DNA of 39,920 nucleotides from Verrucomicrobiota bacterium (GCA_039818205.1 JBCBUK010000022.1:1-39920); one strand, 5' to 3'; counted from the first letter of the stretch, positions 8,377 to 18,343 are shown. Numbers and translations: made by a program. The notes: a model not told the origin generated them from the letters alone.

Positions 8377-10484
8377 GATACGCGATGACGCTGGATGCGT
8401 TGGTCAACGATCTCCACCAATCCAGATTCCTGCTCTCTGAAGCTCTCCGCCTTCTCCATACTGTCCACAACAATGACTTTCGTTTTGTCTTCACCGCCCG
8501 CGCCACCACTAGGAACGATGCTCGCCCCAGCATTACTCCGACTAGGCGGCTTAAGGTAATTGGACTCAAAGTAGCCAGGCGAGAAAGCCTTAACCACATC
8601 ACCCGGAATTACGAATTCTTCATCTTTTTCATTCACGGTAATCAGCTGCTCTCCGCCACGAACCAAGCCGCCGCCATAGTAGCCACCGCCGTAGGTGAGA
8701 CCAGTGATCCTAGCGACATTAATCATACCCGCAGCCACGGCGGCGCCCGCCGCAACGGGAGCGATGAATGGACCAACATACGGGATGCTTACCATTGCGT
8801 TATAGGCGCCAACCGCTGCCTGATAAGTCTTCATAGTGGCGTCTACAACCGCAAAGCTCTTTTGAGCGATGAACATAGCCTTATAAGCCGCTGACTGTTC
8901 ACCGGCAAATGCTTTGGTGTTTTCCGCTAGCTCTCCGAATACACCCGATACTGAGCTGACCAGAATTTGCTTTTGTGCCTGGTGGTAGGCGAATCGCCGC
9001 GCCTGCTCCTCTTGCTCAATCGCGCGCAGAGCCGCCTGCTTCTCCAGCTCTTTGTTAATGTAGAGCTGATTCACCTGATCTCGCTGCATTGATAATCGCT
9101 CAAGCTCTTGTTCATGACGGGCGTCTAATTCGGTAAATGCGTTCGAGAAAGGGGTGAGGTAGGGGTTCCCTTCAAATCCATCAAACTCAGGCCTCAGAAG
9201 CGCGGGGGATCCCGGCTGATTAGGCGATTCAGGCGCGGCCAAGGCCGGATCAATCCGCGTCTTGCGCAGTTTTTCTTCAGCCTCGGCCATTTTTTCAGCC
9301 GCTTGTTCGATCTCAAAGATTTTCTGATTGAACACAGTAACGAAAGCCTCCGAAGCAAACGGTGCATCCTCCAGTTTTTTCAGTTCAGCTTCCGCCGCAT
9401 CAACCGCTCCCGCGACCGCTTGTGTCAGCTCTTTCGGGTCAGGCATCGAGAACTCGAAGTCGATCTCAGGAATCGCACTGCCGCCAACCTTCTCAATCAC
9501 TATATTAAATGCACGTATAGCCTTGTTGATGCTCTCAATCGCACTTTTAACCGCACCCTCAATAGCCTCAAATAACATCTCCCCAAACTTTCCAGATTCG
9601 CGCAAGATCACCTCGAAGAATGTCAGGAACGAAACCTCCATCTTTTTGACGACAATCTGCAACCCCTGCCAAGCATCCATGAGTGTTCCAATTGTCACTA
9701 CTAGGCCCTCACTGATAAACCGAGCAACGGTCTCGACGGCATGCCCTAAGCCATTCCCATTGCCCAACAGAGCCTCAGCAACCGCCGTAATCTCAGGCGC
9801 GAGCTCTGCCGCCAACTGCTGGCCGACCCCCTGTGAAACAATGCCGATTTGCCGCAAGGAATTATTGGCCATGTTCACCGCCGCCTCATCCACTGAATCC
9901 AGCTTCAGACCAAAGCCTTCCAGAATCTCATCCGCTTGCTTGATCGCTTCGCCGGAGTTCTCGAAAACAGGAATCAGCGCTGTCGCGTCCGACGCCAAGG
10001 CCTCCATGTAGAAGGTCATTTCAGCCTGACTCAAATTGGCCTTTTGCAGACTATCAACATACAGGCCCAAGGCCTCATCGGAAGACAGGTTTTTGAAGTC
10101 TTCCGCCGTAACGCCAACCTTCGGACCAATCTGCTCAAAGAAATCCTTCATCGGCCCGGCGCCCGTAGCAAGGAAATCGCCGACTTTGTCATTCACATCC
10201 TTAAGTATGTCAGCCAGCTTCTCTTGCTGGATGCCATATTTGCTCGCCGCAAAAGTGATTGCCTGGAGCCTTCCAACCGATTCAACGCCTGATGTCTTTA
10301 CCTGCTGAGAAAGCTCTTCAATATTCCGCAAACCGCTGGCCGTAGCCGCAGTGATTGCCGCAGCCGCAGCCCCGGCAGCGAGGCCCAACTTGCCAATACC
10401 AGCCGTCAATCCCTTTAGCCGATCAAAGTCTGAAGACTTGTGCTTCAAACCGATCAGGATGTTGACTTTTGCTTTCTTCGCCAT
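8373..10484 (-). CDS. Tail tape measure protein
   Basis: 703 aa, Ala-rich and helical, with hydrophobic IPYVGPFIAPVAAG segment; follows the tail chaperones. Confidence 0.9.
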   Translation of the reverse strand: MAKKAKVNILIGLKHKSSDFDRLKGLTAGIGKLGLAAGAAAAAITAATASGLRNIEELSQQVKTSGVESVGRLQAITFAASKYGIQQEKLADILKDVNDKVGDFLATGAGPMKDFFEQIGPKVGVTAEDFKNLSSDEALGLYVDSLQKANLSQAEMTFYMEALASDATALIPVFENSGEAIKQADEILEGFGLKLDSVDEAAVNMANNSLRQIGIVSQGVGQQLAAELAPEITAVAEALLGNGNGLGHAVETVARFISEGLVVTIGTLMDAWQGLQIVVKKMEVSFLTFFEVILRESGKFGEMLFEAIEGAVKSAIESINKAIRAFNIVIEKVGGSAIPEIDFEFSMPDPKELTQAVAGAVDAAEAELKKLEDAPFASEAFVTVFNQKIFEIEQAAEKMAEAEEKLRKTRIDPALAAPESPNQPGSPALLRPEFDGFEGNPYLTPFSNAFTELDARHEQELERLSMQRDQVNQLYINKELEKQAALRAIEQEEQARRFAYHQAQKQILVSSVSGVFGELAENTKAFAGEQSAAYKAMFIAQKSFAVVDATMKTYQAAVGAYNAMVSIPYVGPFIAPVAAGAAVAAGMINVARITGLTYGGGYYGGGLVRGGEQLITVNEKDEEFVIPGDVVKAFSPGYFESNYLKPPSRSNAGASIVPSGGAGGEDKTKVIVVDSMEKAESFREQESGLVEIVDQRIQRHRVS

Positions 10485-10487
10485 GCG

Positions 10488-10901
10488 TTAAATTTTTGCC
10501 TGAGGGACGCCTAGTCGCTGCATTATACGCACCATGCGCTGAGCGTCTGAGCCTTCTTTCTTAATGAGCTTGGCCGAGTGACCGATTTTAGTTCGATGCT
10601 GATTGAATCGACGATTTCCTTTTTTTCGCTTATAGACTCCAATGGCGTGCTCGATATCGTCCAATTGATCAATTCGCTGTTTCGATTGTCGGACATGATC
10701 GCGCTCTAGAGTAAGCAGAATTTCGGTTAGCGTCAGGTTTGCGGCGACGTAGCTGGCGGACTGTCCGATGATGAGGCCGCAGTCGGCGCAAAGCTCGTCA
10801 ACATTCGCATGGCTTCGCGAATGTTGGACGGCACCAGCTTGCCCAGATTTACTTTGCTTTCGGCGCGCCTTTTTAAGATCAGCTCGGCTTGGGTAAAATT
10901 T
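10488..10901 (-). CDS. Tail assembly chaperone -1 frameshift extension (gpGT-like)
   Basis: The -1 frame is open from 10904 to TAA at 10488-10490 (...VDELCADCGLIIGQSASYVAANLTLTEILLTL...); slippery A_AAT_TTT at 10895-10901. Confidence 0.75.
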   Translation of the reverse strand, partial: KFYPSRADLKKARRKQSKSGQAGAVQHSRSHANVDELCADCGLIIGQSASYVAANLTLTEILLTLERDHVRQSKQRIDQLDDIEHAIGVYKRKKGNRRFNQHRTKIGHSAKLIKKEGSDAQRMVRIMQRLGVPQAKI

Positions 10902-11137
10902 AGCTCAACTCCTTTCTCAAAGAGGTCCATGAAAGACTCAGCGGATAGCTCATCCAGCCACTCAACGGATTTTCCGGTAGTGAGCTCAATGATCTTGGAC
11001 TCAACTTGCAAGTTTGGTATGAACTCATTGGCAACGCGACGAGGAGGTAGCTCGCTGACAACCACATCTTCCATCTCACCATTGTCCAGCTTCACAGGAA
11101 CCGACTCCCCGCCGCGTGTTACAATATCTTTATTCAT
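10733..11137 (-). CDS. Tail assembly chaperone (gpG-like)
   Basis: Acidic 134 aa protein between tail tube and tape measure, with a slippery site at L-N-F. Confidence 0.75.
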   Translation of the reverse strand: MNKDIVTRGGESVPVKLDNGEMEDVVVSELPPRRVANEFIPNLQVESKIIELTTGKSVEWLDELSAESFMDLFEKGVELNFTQAELILKRRAESKVNLGKLVPSNIREAMRMLTSFAPTAASSSDSPPATSPQT

Positions 11138-11158
11138 AAGCTACTATTGATGCAGAAA

Positions 11159-11662
11159 TTAGACTGGAGGCGTATAGACGTTAGTCCACACACCCGGCTT
11201 ATCCAGGTAGCAGAAGACTTTAAGAGTAAGGCTATCATACTCCTCACCATCGCCTTCCCAGGCATTATCCAGAACGATACCGCAGCGAAAGGAATGGTGC
11301 AGAAAATACGGATCGTTTTCGACATCCTCACCTGAGGCCTCAGCCCATCCGTATCCCTCGACCACCTTGCCGATTTGAGGAGCGTCGCCCGCAGCTCCGA
11401 AAAGCTGAACAAGCAACTCATCCGAAAGCTCGTCATATTCGAATTCGTAAGAGAGCTTACGGTTTGCAGTCTTGATCTTGCCTAATACCTTGGCTCGGTT
11501 GTGGGTTTTGAATCGCTCTTTTATGTCAAACTCGGGCATTGGATTGCCTTTCTTGACCGATCCGAAATTAGTTGTGTATCCAGCTGCTTCAGCTGGAGAA
11601 GCCGGTAAAACATCACCGGGAAGGAACCGGAAGTCCCATGTTGATATTGATTCGTCACTCAT
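11159..11662 (-). CDS. Probable major tail (tube) protein
   Basis: Acidic, beta-rich 167 aa protein immediately upstream of the chaperone and tape measure. Confidence 0.65.
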   Translation of the reverse strand: MSDESISTWDFRFLPGDVLPASPAEAAGYTTNFGSVKKGNPMPEFDIKERFKTHNRAKVLGKIKTANRKLSYEFEYDELSDELLVQLFGAAGDAPQIGKVVEGYGWAEASGEDVENDPYFLHHSFRCGIVLDNAWEGDGEEYDSLTLKVFCYLDKPGVWTNVYTPPV

Positions 11663-11674
11663 ATTTTTTGTTGA

Positions 11675-12484
11675 TTAAGTTTGGAAGTTGTTCATCCACG
11701 AATCCCCTAGGACAATACCTATGCGCTCAGATGAAGCTGGCTCCGGGTGTGTGCCATCGGAATAAGTTATAGCTACTCCCAGGGGATCATCGATTGAAAC
11801 GGTAACAGCATTCGCGTCAGCCGCACCCACGGCTTCCTGTGCATTTCGAACAGCAAGCAAACCAGCTGAAGGTGCGCTAGGTGCTTGCCAATTTGGACTT
11901 CTCCCAATCAGCCAGGGAGTATTTGCGTTAGCGAGCGATACGTTTGTTCGGAAGTAGCTAAGTAGACTAGTCAAATGAGGTTGGTAGTTGCTGTATAGGT
12001 TGGGATCACTTCGATCACTCGACCCCTGAAACCAAATGAAGCCCAGTAGATTAACCGTCGCACCGAACTGGCCAAGCCGCTTGAACGCATCTTCAAATCC
12101 CTCTAACGCCCTTTCACTCTGGTCGGACTGCCCGCCAGGTATTGGCTCCAATCTATCTCCCTCGGGAATGAAGGCGGTGATAGAGTGGCCGCCAACCGCA
12201 TGCTTGAGCGTGACAAGGTTGCGTAGACCCCGCTTTGCAAGTTGCCGCCCTGCACTGACGTTGAGCCCAAAATTGTAGTCATCGGGAAATCCTGTTGAGT
12301 TCATCCGCTCGGCAAACGTATAGACACCGTTCTGCTTGCCGTTTGTTAACTCAATTAATCGGTGATCATTACCCCGATCGACATTCGCAAAGGACTGGCT
12401 AGAGGGTCCATTCATGAGGCTTTGCCCCATGCAAACCACCACGTTCCAGAAACTAGCATCTTCGATTCTAATTGGAGTGTTCAT
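11675..12484 (-). CDS. SGNH hydrolase, sialate/carbohydrate O-acetylesterase-like (SASA)
   Basis: GQS nucleophile (CMGQSL), AVGG, WFQG(S)SD and DxxH (DGTH). Confidence 0.85.
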   Translation of the reverse strand: MNTPIRIEDASFWNVVVCMGQSLMNGPSSQSFANVDRGNDHRLIELTNGKQNGVYTFAERMNSTGFPDDYNFGLNVSAGRQLAKRGLRNLVTLKHAVGGHSITAFIPEGDRLEPIPGGQSDQSERALEGFEDAFKRLGQFGATVNLLGFIWFQGSSDRSDPNLYSNYQPHLTSLLSYFRTNVSLANANTPWLIGRSPNWQAPSAPSAGLLAVRNAQEAVGAADANAVTVSIDDPLGVAITYSDGTHPEPASSERIGIVLGDSWMNNFQT

Positions 12485-12495
12485 AATTCAAGATC

Positions 12496-15400
12496 TTAGA
12501 TTAAATCCGATGCACTTGCGTCACGACTAGCGTCACTCGACCCTATCAAATCAGGCTTTGCCAATCCCGACTCTGAGAAATCAATGATGCGCTTCAGCCC
12601 ATTGACGAACAAGATGGGTTGCTTTAGGTAAATTGCTTCAGTTGATCCACCATCGCCAAAGGTTGAGGTATTGGCAGTTGAACCCAGAAATATTCGTAAA
12701 CGTCCGATGTCAGTGGACCACCCAGAAACCAAGCCGCTACCGCTAAGCCTGTAAGCATACCCAGTTGGTATATCAAATCCAACAGCAACAAGCTGAGTTG
12801 TCTCCGAAGAACTACTGGCTGTCGCGTCGATCCGCAAAGCGTCAATCACCGTGTTTGCACTTGGCGCATATACCAGGATCTCTATCCGTAGATCGTCACC
12901 ATTCTCAAGGCTATCGAACCATGCGTCATTACTGGCAATATTGAGATAATGTGTTGTGTTGTCACTATCGCCTTCGAGCGCCAACTTAACCCAGTCGTTT
13001 TCACCCGCTTGACCGTCAACGTTGTTCGTTAACACTGCATTAGGGCTGCTGAGGTCGTCCCAATTGAAATCATCAAGGATGATCTTTGAACGGTAGACCG
13101 TAGAGCGCCATAAGGCCGGGTTCTTTTTGCGGCGGGTCACTTCAGAAAAAGGAGGTGCCCCCTCTTCGAAGGTCGCAAGACCTAGCAACATCAATGGATA
13201 GTGATTAGTCCCGTCAGATCCGAATTTCCAGCTCGCACCACTCGAAACCGTTTGAGCGGAAGCACTCGAAATATCAAGAAATTCGATAGTGCCGTCATCC
13301 GCATGCAAAGGCACTTCGTTAATATAGACCACCATGTCACCCGCGCGGCGGATCGTAACGAAGACCCTGGCCAGTTCTCCAACGGAAACGTAAGCCGAGT
13401 TTGCTGTCGTGAAAACGTGCGTCGTAAGATTAGCACCGTTGCCGATCTTCAGAGTAAATGTCCCGTCTCCGTTCCACCAAAGTTGCTCACCAGTATTGGC
13501 ACTGACATTCGACCAAATTATAGAGTTATGAGCGGGACGGGCGCAGATGAGCGAGACTGAATGATCTTTGGTGCCAAAGTCTAGGGCTGGCATTGTAGCG
13601 ACGGCACTACTCCCATCTGAGAACGAACCACTTAGAGTCGAGAAGTATGCGAAATGATCAACCTGCTCAAAAAGCGATTCTAAGTCGCCTATTCGCACCT
13701 CTAGGCCATCAACTCGGGTTTCGGAAGCCCCTTGAGTTTCAAGTGTAGAAATTCGGGTCTCATGATCGGCAATACTAGCACCATTGGCCGTCGCTGTTGA
13801 TTCGACGCTGTCAATTCGAGACTCACTTGCCCCATGAATAAAGCATCTAAAATTCGTGATATTCACGTTCGAGCCGCCCGCAGCGACTACGAATTGCACC
13901 CGAACTTCTCCAGCGAAAATCGAGATCAATTCAACCGTATTGCTCCCCGTCACGAAGCCGCTCAGGACTTGGTTTGATGCGACAGTTCCGTCAAGTTCTG
14001 AAAGCCTTGTCTGGCTGATTGCTGATCCATCATCACAATCAAAGGTCAAGGTTACCTTCTGCCCGACAACAACGTTAAAATTCCCGTAAAAGCCCGTTGA
14101 GCTCTCATTAGCGGGAACCGTGAAACCGTCGGACAAAGCGTTTGCAACATCTCCTGATCGCAGGAACCTAGTAGTTCGAAAAGAGCGCCCTCCCCAAAGG
14201 GCGCCGATTGAATCAACGTCAGATCGGTCATTCCGGGTCTCACGAGCTTCTGTGTCGTCGTCTCCGTAAACTTGAATGCTTGTTGCGGTAACGCTTCCGC
14301 CGGTGTTCGATGAACCATACGTGAAGATTACACAGGCCCCGGCTTGGTCTTTCTGAGCAACAAACTCGATTGTGTTGCCACCAACTATCAGATCATTTGG
14401 GCCAAAGTTCTTGTCACCCATAACTGTCGAGAGATTGCTTTCTCGCAAGGTGAGAGAACTTAGCCCAAACAATGATGTGATATTAAAGCTCACCCGGACA
14501 ATCTGACCTTCGAACACATCGAAGAAATAGCGAGCAACTTGAGATAAGCCCCCCGTTACATCGAAACTTGTCGCAGTTGGATTGGATATACTTCCAGTCC
14601 AAATATCATTTATCGCGCTATCCCAACGCCTAGTTATATTCACATCCAGCTTAGCCTGGGAAATTGATTTATCGGCAGGCAATGGCGCAGAATCCGCAGC
14701 CTCAGTGAAATCCGTATAGTCGCCTGCCGATCCTCCATTGAACACCATCCGGTCTGTTGCAGTGAATCCATTTCCCTCAACAAGCACACGATAGTAGTCT
14801 TTATTAGCAACGAGGCCAACAGTTGAAGGCGCCGCCCCAGAGCAATCGTGGTATCCTTGGAACGCGCCGTCATTTGCGTTTAGTTTCGCTTGGCTTGTGG
14901 CGTCGAGATTGCCTTCATTGATGGATTCAGGATCAAGATTTGAACCGTCTTTGTTTGCTTTGAGCTGACTAGAAGCGATTCTTGATTCTGTTTCTCCATC
15001 AATAGCGACCCGCAACGCATCATCCGCAGCCTCGCGCGCCACCTGCTCAGCGCTCAGATCGGCTTGAACTTCAGTTTTGTCGGCAACGCGCAATCCGTCT
15101 ACTTCAGCAGCGCTGTAGTAGGACTCAACCAAATCGGGAGGATCGCCAGCCAGGCCACCTGCCGCATTGCTGATATTGATGTCAGCAACCCAGACTTGTA
15201 TCAGCTCCGATGGATCAGCAGCAGTCAGCACATAAGCGTGAATCCGATGCTTGCCTTCTGATAGTGACATTTCGTCCTTGGAAAACTCGATCACCGCATG
15301 CGCCTTAGAGCCATCCGCCCAGCTTACATCCGTCAAGGTGTTATCCAATTCAGCCCCGGTTAAGACCCGTTCTAAAGTCTTCGGCGCATCCTCGGCGGGA

Positions 15401-15594
15401 GGGTTTCCGCCAGACCATGCGCGCGCCGCAAAGTTGAGACTCGCGACGTTGCCGACCGAGCGGACTTGACCAAGCTGACCGATGCCCAGCTCAAAGATGA
15501 GCGTGGCGCCTTTCTCCACCGTGAATAATTCGTTCAGCTTCGGTGAGGAAACATCAGCCAGTCTGCGGATACTATATGGAGCAAGTTCAGGCAT
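12496..15594 (-). CDS. Large fibre/receptor-binding protein with tandem beta-sandwich, coiled-coil and LamG-like modules
   Basis: 1032 aa, S/T/G-rich; RIxxLE trimer motifs; DFGT.D.S LamG-like start; duplicated GQ.V..F...G.NT.E modules. Confidence 0.65.
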   Translation of the reverse strand: MPELAPYSIRRLADVSSPKLNELFTVEKGATLIFELGIGQLGQVRSVGNVASLNFAARAWSGGNPPAEDAPKTLERVLTGAELDNTLTDVSWADGSKAHAVIEFSKDEMSLSEGKHRIHAYVLTAADPSELIQVWVADINISNAAGGLAGDPPDLVESYYSAAEVDGLRVADKTEVQADLSAEQVAREAADDALRVAIDGETESRIASSQLKANKDGSNLDPESINEGNLDATSQAKLNANDGAFQGYHDCSGAAPSTVGLVANKDYYRVLVEGNGFTATDRMVFNGGSAGDYTDFTEAADSAPLPADKSISQAKLDVNITRRWDSAINDIWTGSISNPTATSFDVTGGLSQVARYFFDVFEGQIVRVSFNITSLFGLSSLTLRESNLSTVMGDKNFGPNDLIVGGNTIEFVAQKDQAGACVIFTYGSSNTGGSVTATSIQVYGDDDTEARETRNDRSDVDSIGALWGGRSFRTTRFLRSGDVANALSDGFTVPANESSTGFYGNFNVVVGQKVTLTFDCDDGSAISQTRLSELDGTVASNQVLSGFVTGSNTVELISIFAGEVRVQFVVAAGGSNVNITNFRCFIHGASESRIDSVESTATANGASIADHETRISTLETQGASETRVDGLEVRIGDLESLFEQVDHFAYFSTLSGSFSDGSSAVATMPALDFGTKDHSVSLICARPAHNSIIWSNVSANTGEQLWWNGDGTFTLKIGNGANLTTHVFTTANSAYVSVGELARVFVTIRRAGDMVVYINEVPLHADDGTIEFLDISSASAQTVSSGASWKFGSDGTNHYPLMLLGLATFEEGAPPFSEVTRRKKNPALWRSTVYRSKIILDDFNWDDLSSPNAVLTNNVDGQAGENDWVKLALEGDSDNTTHYLNIASNDAWFDSLENGDDLRIEILVYAPSANTVIDALRIDATASSSSETTQLVAVGFDIPTGYAYRLSGSGLVSGWSTDIGRLRIFLGSTANTSTFGDGGSTEAIYLKQPILFVNGLKRIIDFSESGLAKPDLIGSSDASRDASASDLI

Positions 15595-16096
15595 GTTGCG
15601 ATTTGGACTTTACGAGCAGATTGATGTTAAAAACGACCATACCAAGATCGCGCGGACCCCGGTCATACGCAGGATTGCCCAGTGCAAATGTATCGCGCTG
15701 GTCATTCGCCGCGCGAACCACTTCAAGAACATCCGAAACGCAGCGCATAGCAGCCTTGCCCGTTATGTTCTTCTTCAAGTTTTCGATCACCGTAATCACG
15801 ACCAGATTGCTCAGATAGACATCCGGCTTATTCGACCTGGCCGACGCCGGATCACCTTCCGCCTGGGTGATGACAATCGAAATGCCCGGATTGGCATAGG
15901 CCTTTTTCAAGGCTGCGTCATATTCGTCATCCTCCGTTTCGCTAGTGAATACCGGGACAGGTCCAAACAAATTAAAGAGGAGGCTATTAGCTTCGAGATA
16001 CGCGCGTAAATCACTATCCGGGTTCGCCGCCCACCATGTGGCGAAATTGGCGTCCAGCAGTGCGACCAAGCTAGGAACTACTTGATAAAGCTTCAT
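15587..16096 (-). CDS. Putative tail terminator/completion protein
   Basis: Size and synteny only. Confidence 0.45.
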   Translation of the reverse strand: MKLYQVVPSLVALLDANFATWWAANPDSDLRAYLEANSLLFNLFGPVPVFTSETEDDEYDAALKKAYANPGISIVITQAEGDPASARSNKPDVYLSNLVVITVIENLKKNITGKAAMRCVSDVLEVVRAANDQRDTFALGNPAYDRGPRDLGMVVFNINLLVKSKSQHA

Positions 16097-16689
16097 GCCA
16101 ACCCCCTTTCAAATACACGATGCAAGCGCCGGTTAATCTTCTCCTGATGCTTCCGCGCAACGTAAGCTTCCATGTCATCGATCTCGCTACGGAGTACCTT
16201 ATCGACTACTCGATGTTTGCGATCCTGAACTGAGACCCCGTGCAGATAGCTTTTGATTTCAGCAAAAGGCTTCCGCACACCAGAAGCCACACGCAACAAG
16301 GCGCGTCCCAGCTCCCAGGCTTTTTGCCGCCGTGACCGGCTTTTCAAGTTGGCGTTCTTGGCCTGTTTGCCCCCGCGCCATTCTTTGAACCAAAACGACA
16401 CCGAAAGGAACTTCACCGAACGCTTGCGCGCCGTGATTTCCTGCTTAACAGTGCGCGTCTTGCCCGATTGCGTTTTCCCTCGCCGAATATGATAGCCCTG
16501 GCGCGTCACATCGGTTTCGATTTTACCTTTGCTTGGAGCCAATTCCTGTAGGCGTTTGTTGATCTTCCAGTTGATGCGACGTGCACGATTATTGATCAGC
16601 GGACCCTGCTCACGCTTATTCCAGCGCAAGTAGTTGTCGAAGGCCTTATTAAAGGCCTCGACACTGCCATTGTCGGATGCACGCTTCAT
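16093..16689 (-). CDS. Basic neck/tail-completion protein
   Basis: Very K/R-rich 198 aa protein in the head-tail region; synteny. Confidence 0.45.
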   Translation of the reverse strand: MKRASDNGSVEAFNKAFDNYLRWNKREQGPLINNRARRINWKINKRLQELAPSKGKIETDVTRQGYHIRRGKTQSGKTRTVKQEITARKRSVKFLSVSFWFKEWRGGKQAKNANLKSRSRRQKAWELGRALLRVASGVRKPFAEIKSYLHGVSVQDRKHRVVDKVLRSEIDDMEAYVARKHQEKINRRLHRVFERGLA

Positions 16690-16731
16690 TGTTACGAGGT
16701 GGCGTTCTAAGTGTTTGTGTGAGACTTGGAT

Positions 16732-17106
16732 TTACGCAGAGTTGTGCTGGTAGACATGGATCAGCGCTGCCGCATGAATGTATGCCCATCTTGGCCAATC
16801 CCGCCAATTGTTGCCGTATGTCTGACTGTATTGATTGATTCTACTGGAAATCAAATCTCTCGTTGGCTCCGACAGGATTGAGCTGTATTTGAACTCAGAT
16901 GCCGATGGGTCGATTTTGTATTCTACGACGAAGAAATCCGACTCCCGGACAATTATATAATCAACTCCAAAGATCGGCTCAGTAGCCGCAACCTCAGACG
17001 ATACAACATTATAGGTAGGATCGGACGCCAGTAGCGCCATATCCGCATGAACCGCTGGCAAGGTAACTGCTGCCAGTATCAGTATAGACACGATTTGATT
17101 TTTCAT
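16732..17106 (-). CDS. Secreted hypothetical protein
   Basis: Signal peptide MKNQIVSILILAAVTLPAVHA. Confidence 0.6.
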   Translation of the reverse strand: MKNQIVSILILAAVTLPAVHADMALLASDPTYNVVSSEVAATEPIFGVDYIIVRESDFFVVEYKIDPSASEFKYSSILSEPTRDLISSRINQYSQTYGNNWRDWPRWAYIHAAALIHVYQHNSA

Positions 17107-17126
17107 AACAAAGTGATTTGTTTGAT

Positions 17127-17609
17127 TTAGGCTCGGCGGGCGGCTTGGTTTCCAAAGTAGAATCCAATGATCGAAATCATCGCTATGTTTCGAACCGGGT
17201 CCAAGACGGACACGACAGCATCAGGCGCAGAGCTGCCGACCTTGATCCAGTGGATTTGCTCCATGCTCACTTGCCAGGGCCATGAAGCGCCTACGGTGTC
17301 ATAGTAGCCAACGGCAATCTGCACTGGCAGGCCCTTGATCGCGCCGATAATAACAGGCAGTAAGGGCCAAAGGAAATAGGCGCATATGACGATCAGCGCA
17401 ATGGCGCTACGAACCCAATAAAGACCCTTCCATTTTGCTTCATGACTCCGCGCCGCATTAGCAGCATCAACTGTTGCTTGATGCTGAGTCAATTGAGCCA
17501 TCATTAGGTCATGGCGGTCTTTGAGATTATTACTGTGAATCGTAATAATTGCCGACCCGATTGCAGTTGCAAAGCCGGACAGGATTTCAGGTGAAAGAAA
17601 AGGATTCAT
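17127..17609 (-). CDS. Holin-like multi-pass membrane protein
   Basis: Several hydrophobic segments; C-terminal IIGFYFG typical of 3TM holins. Confidence 0.6.
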   Translation of the reverse strand: MNPFLSPEILSGFATAIGSAIITIHSNNLKDRHDLMMAQLTQHQATVDAANAARSHEAKWKGLYWVRSAIALIVICAYFLWPLLPVIIGAIKGLPVQIAVGYYDTVGASWPWQVSMEQIHWIKVGSSAPDAVVSVLDPVRNIAMISIIGFYFGNQAARRA

Positions 17610-17797
17610 GGTTTGGTGAAATCGGTTATTGAATCGTTATCCAAAGCAAAGGAACTCGTCCCATCTTTGGCGCTTGGCTGTGTTGCCACAGGAGAAGCGG
17701 AGTTCGTCATGTCAATGACGCGCCCACGCTGAGCGCAGCCCACGAAGGCGACGCATAGGCCCAAGGACAGGGCCATGATGCTAAGTTTGATTCTCAT
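17606..17797 (-). CDS. Small lipoprotein (o-spanin candidate)
   Basis: Basic N-terminus, hydrophobic stretch and lipobox-like FVG-C. Confidence 0.55.
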   Translation of the reverse strand: MRIKLSIMALSLGLCVAFVGCAQRGRVIDMTNSASPVATQPSAKDGTSSFALDNDSITDFTKP

Positions 17798-17812
17798 GGA
17801 ATTAATTTTTAA

Positions 17813-18034
17813 TCATTTAACAAAATACGATAGACCCATTCCAATAATAGTGAGCGCCGATGGGACCGCCAAAACCAAGAGCCCCCACAAAATCCTTATG
17901 CCAGTATCGATCCTAGTTTCTATGCGCTCGACACGCGTTTTTACCCCAGGAGTCCCATTCCCATATACAGTATGCCTGAGGTCTTTTACGTCTCGCTGAA
18001 TCATCTCAATTACACTCATAGATTCACAGTTCAA
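17813..18034 (-). CDS. Coiled-coil protein with C-terminal TM segment (XhlA/holin-like)
   Basis: GNGxPG..RV.RIE followed by a TM segment; likely start at ATG 18019. Confidence 0.55.
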   Translation of the reverse strand: MNCESMSVIEMIQRDVKDLRHTVYGNGTPGVKTRVERIETRIDTGIRILWGLLVLAVPSALTIIGMGLSYFVK

Positions 18035-18338
18035 ATGGTTCGCAGATGAAGACGATTTCGCCGGTTGCAGAATGAGCTCGCGGGTTATTCAGGACACGGT
18101 ATTGCAAGCTATCCCCTCCAATGATGTCACCCTGACCAGGCGCCGCCTCCAACGCCGAACGATGCGCAACCAGCTTTACTTCCTCCCCCGTGAAAGAGAT
18201 AAAATGATATTCCTCGCGATCCTGATCACTGACAGCCGTATCAAGCGCCTTGAAATCCAGCTCACCAAAACTGAAGCTCGCACCATTGCTTTCAATGATG
18301 CTGGCTATCTGAGATTGAGCTGCCGCGCGGTCGAACAT
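18024..18338 (-). CDS. Head closure/head-tail joining protein
   Basis: 104 aa; P..GD.I....YRV beta-barrel pattern; synteny. Confidence 0.55.
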   Translation of the reverse strand: MFDRAAAQSQIASIIESNGASFSFGELDFKALDTAVSDQDREEYHFISFTGEEVKLVAHRSALEAAPGQGDIIGGDSLQYRVLNNPRAHSATGEIVFICEPFEL

Positions 18339-18343
18339 GGCTA

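Noticed and set aside
9328..10011. Long antisense ORFs (also 18930..19598, 30961..31563 and 34656..35285)
   Set aside because: Mirror frames of codon-biased genes with no recognisable motifs
12484..12498. Frameshift or readthrough fusing the fibre to the esterase
   Set aside because: 11-nt gap, different frames, no canonical slippery heptamer, and the esterase has its own ATG
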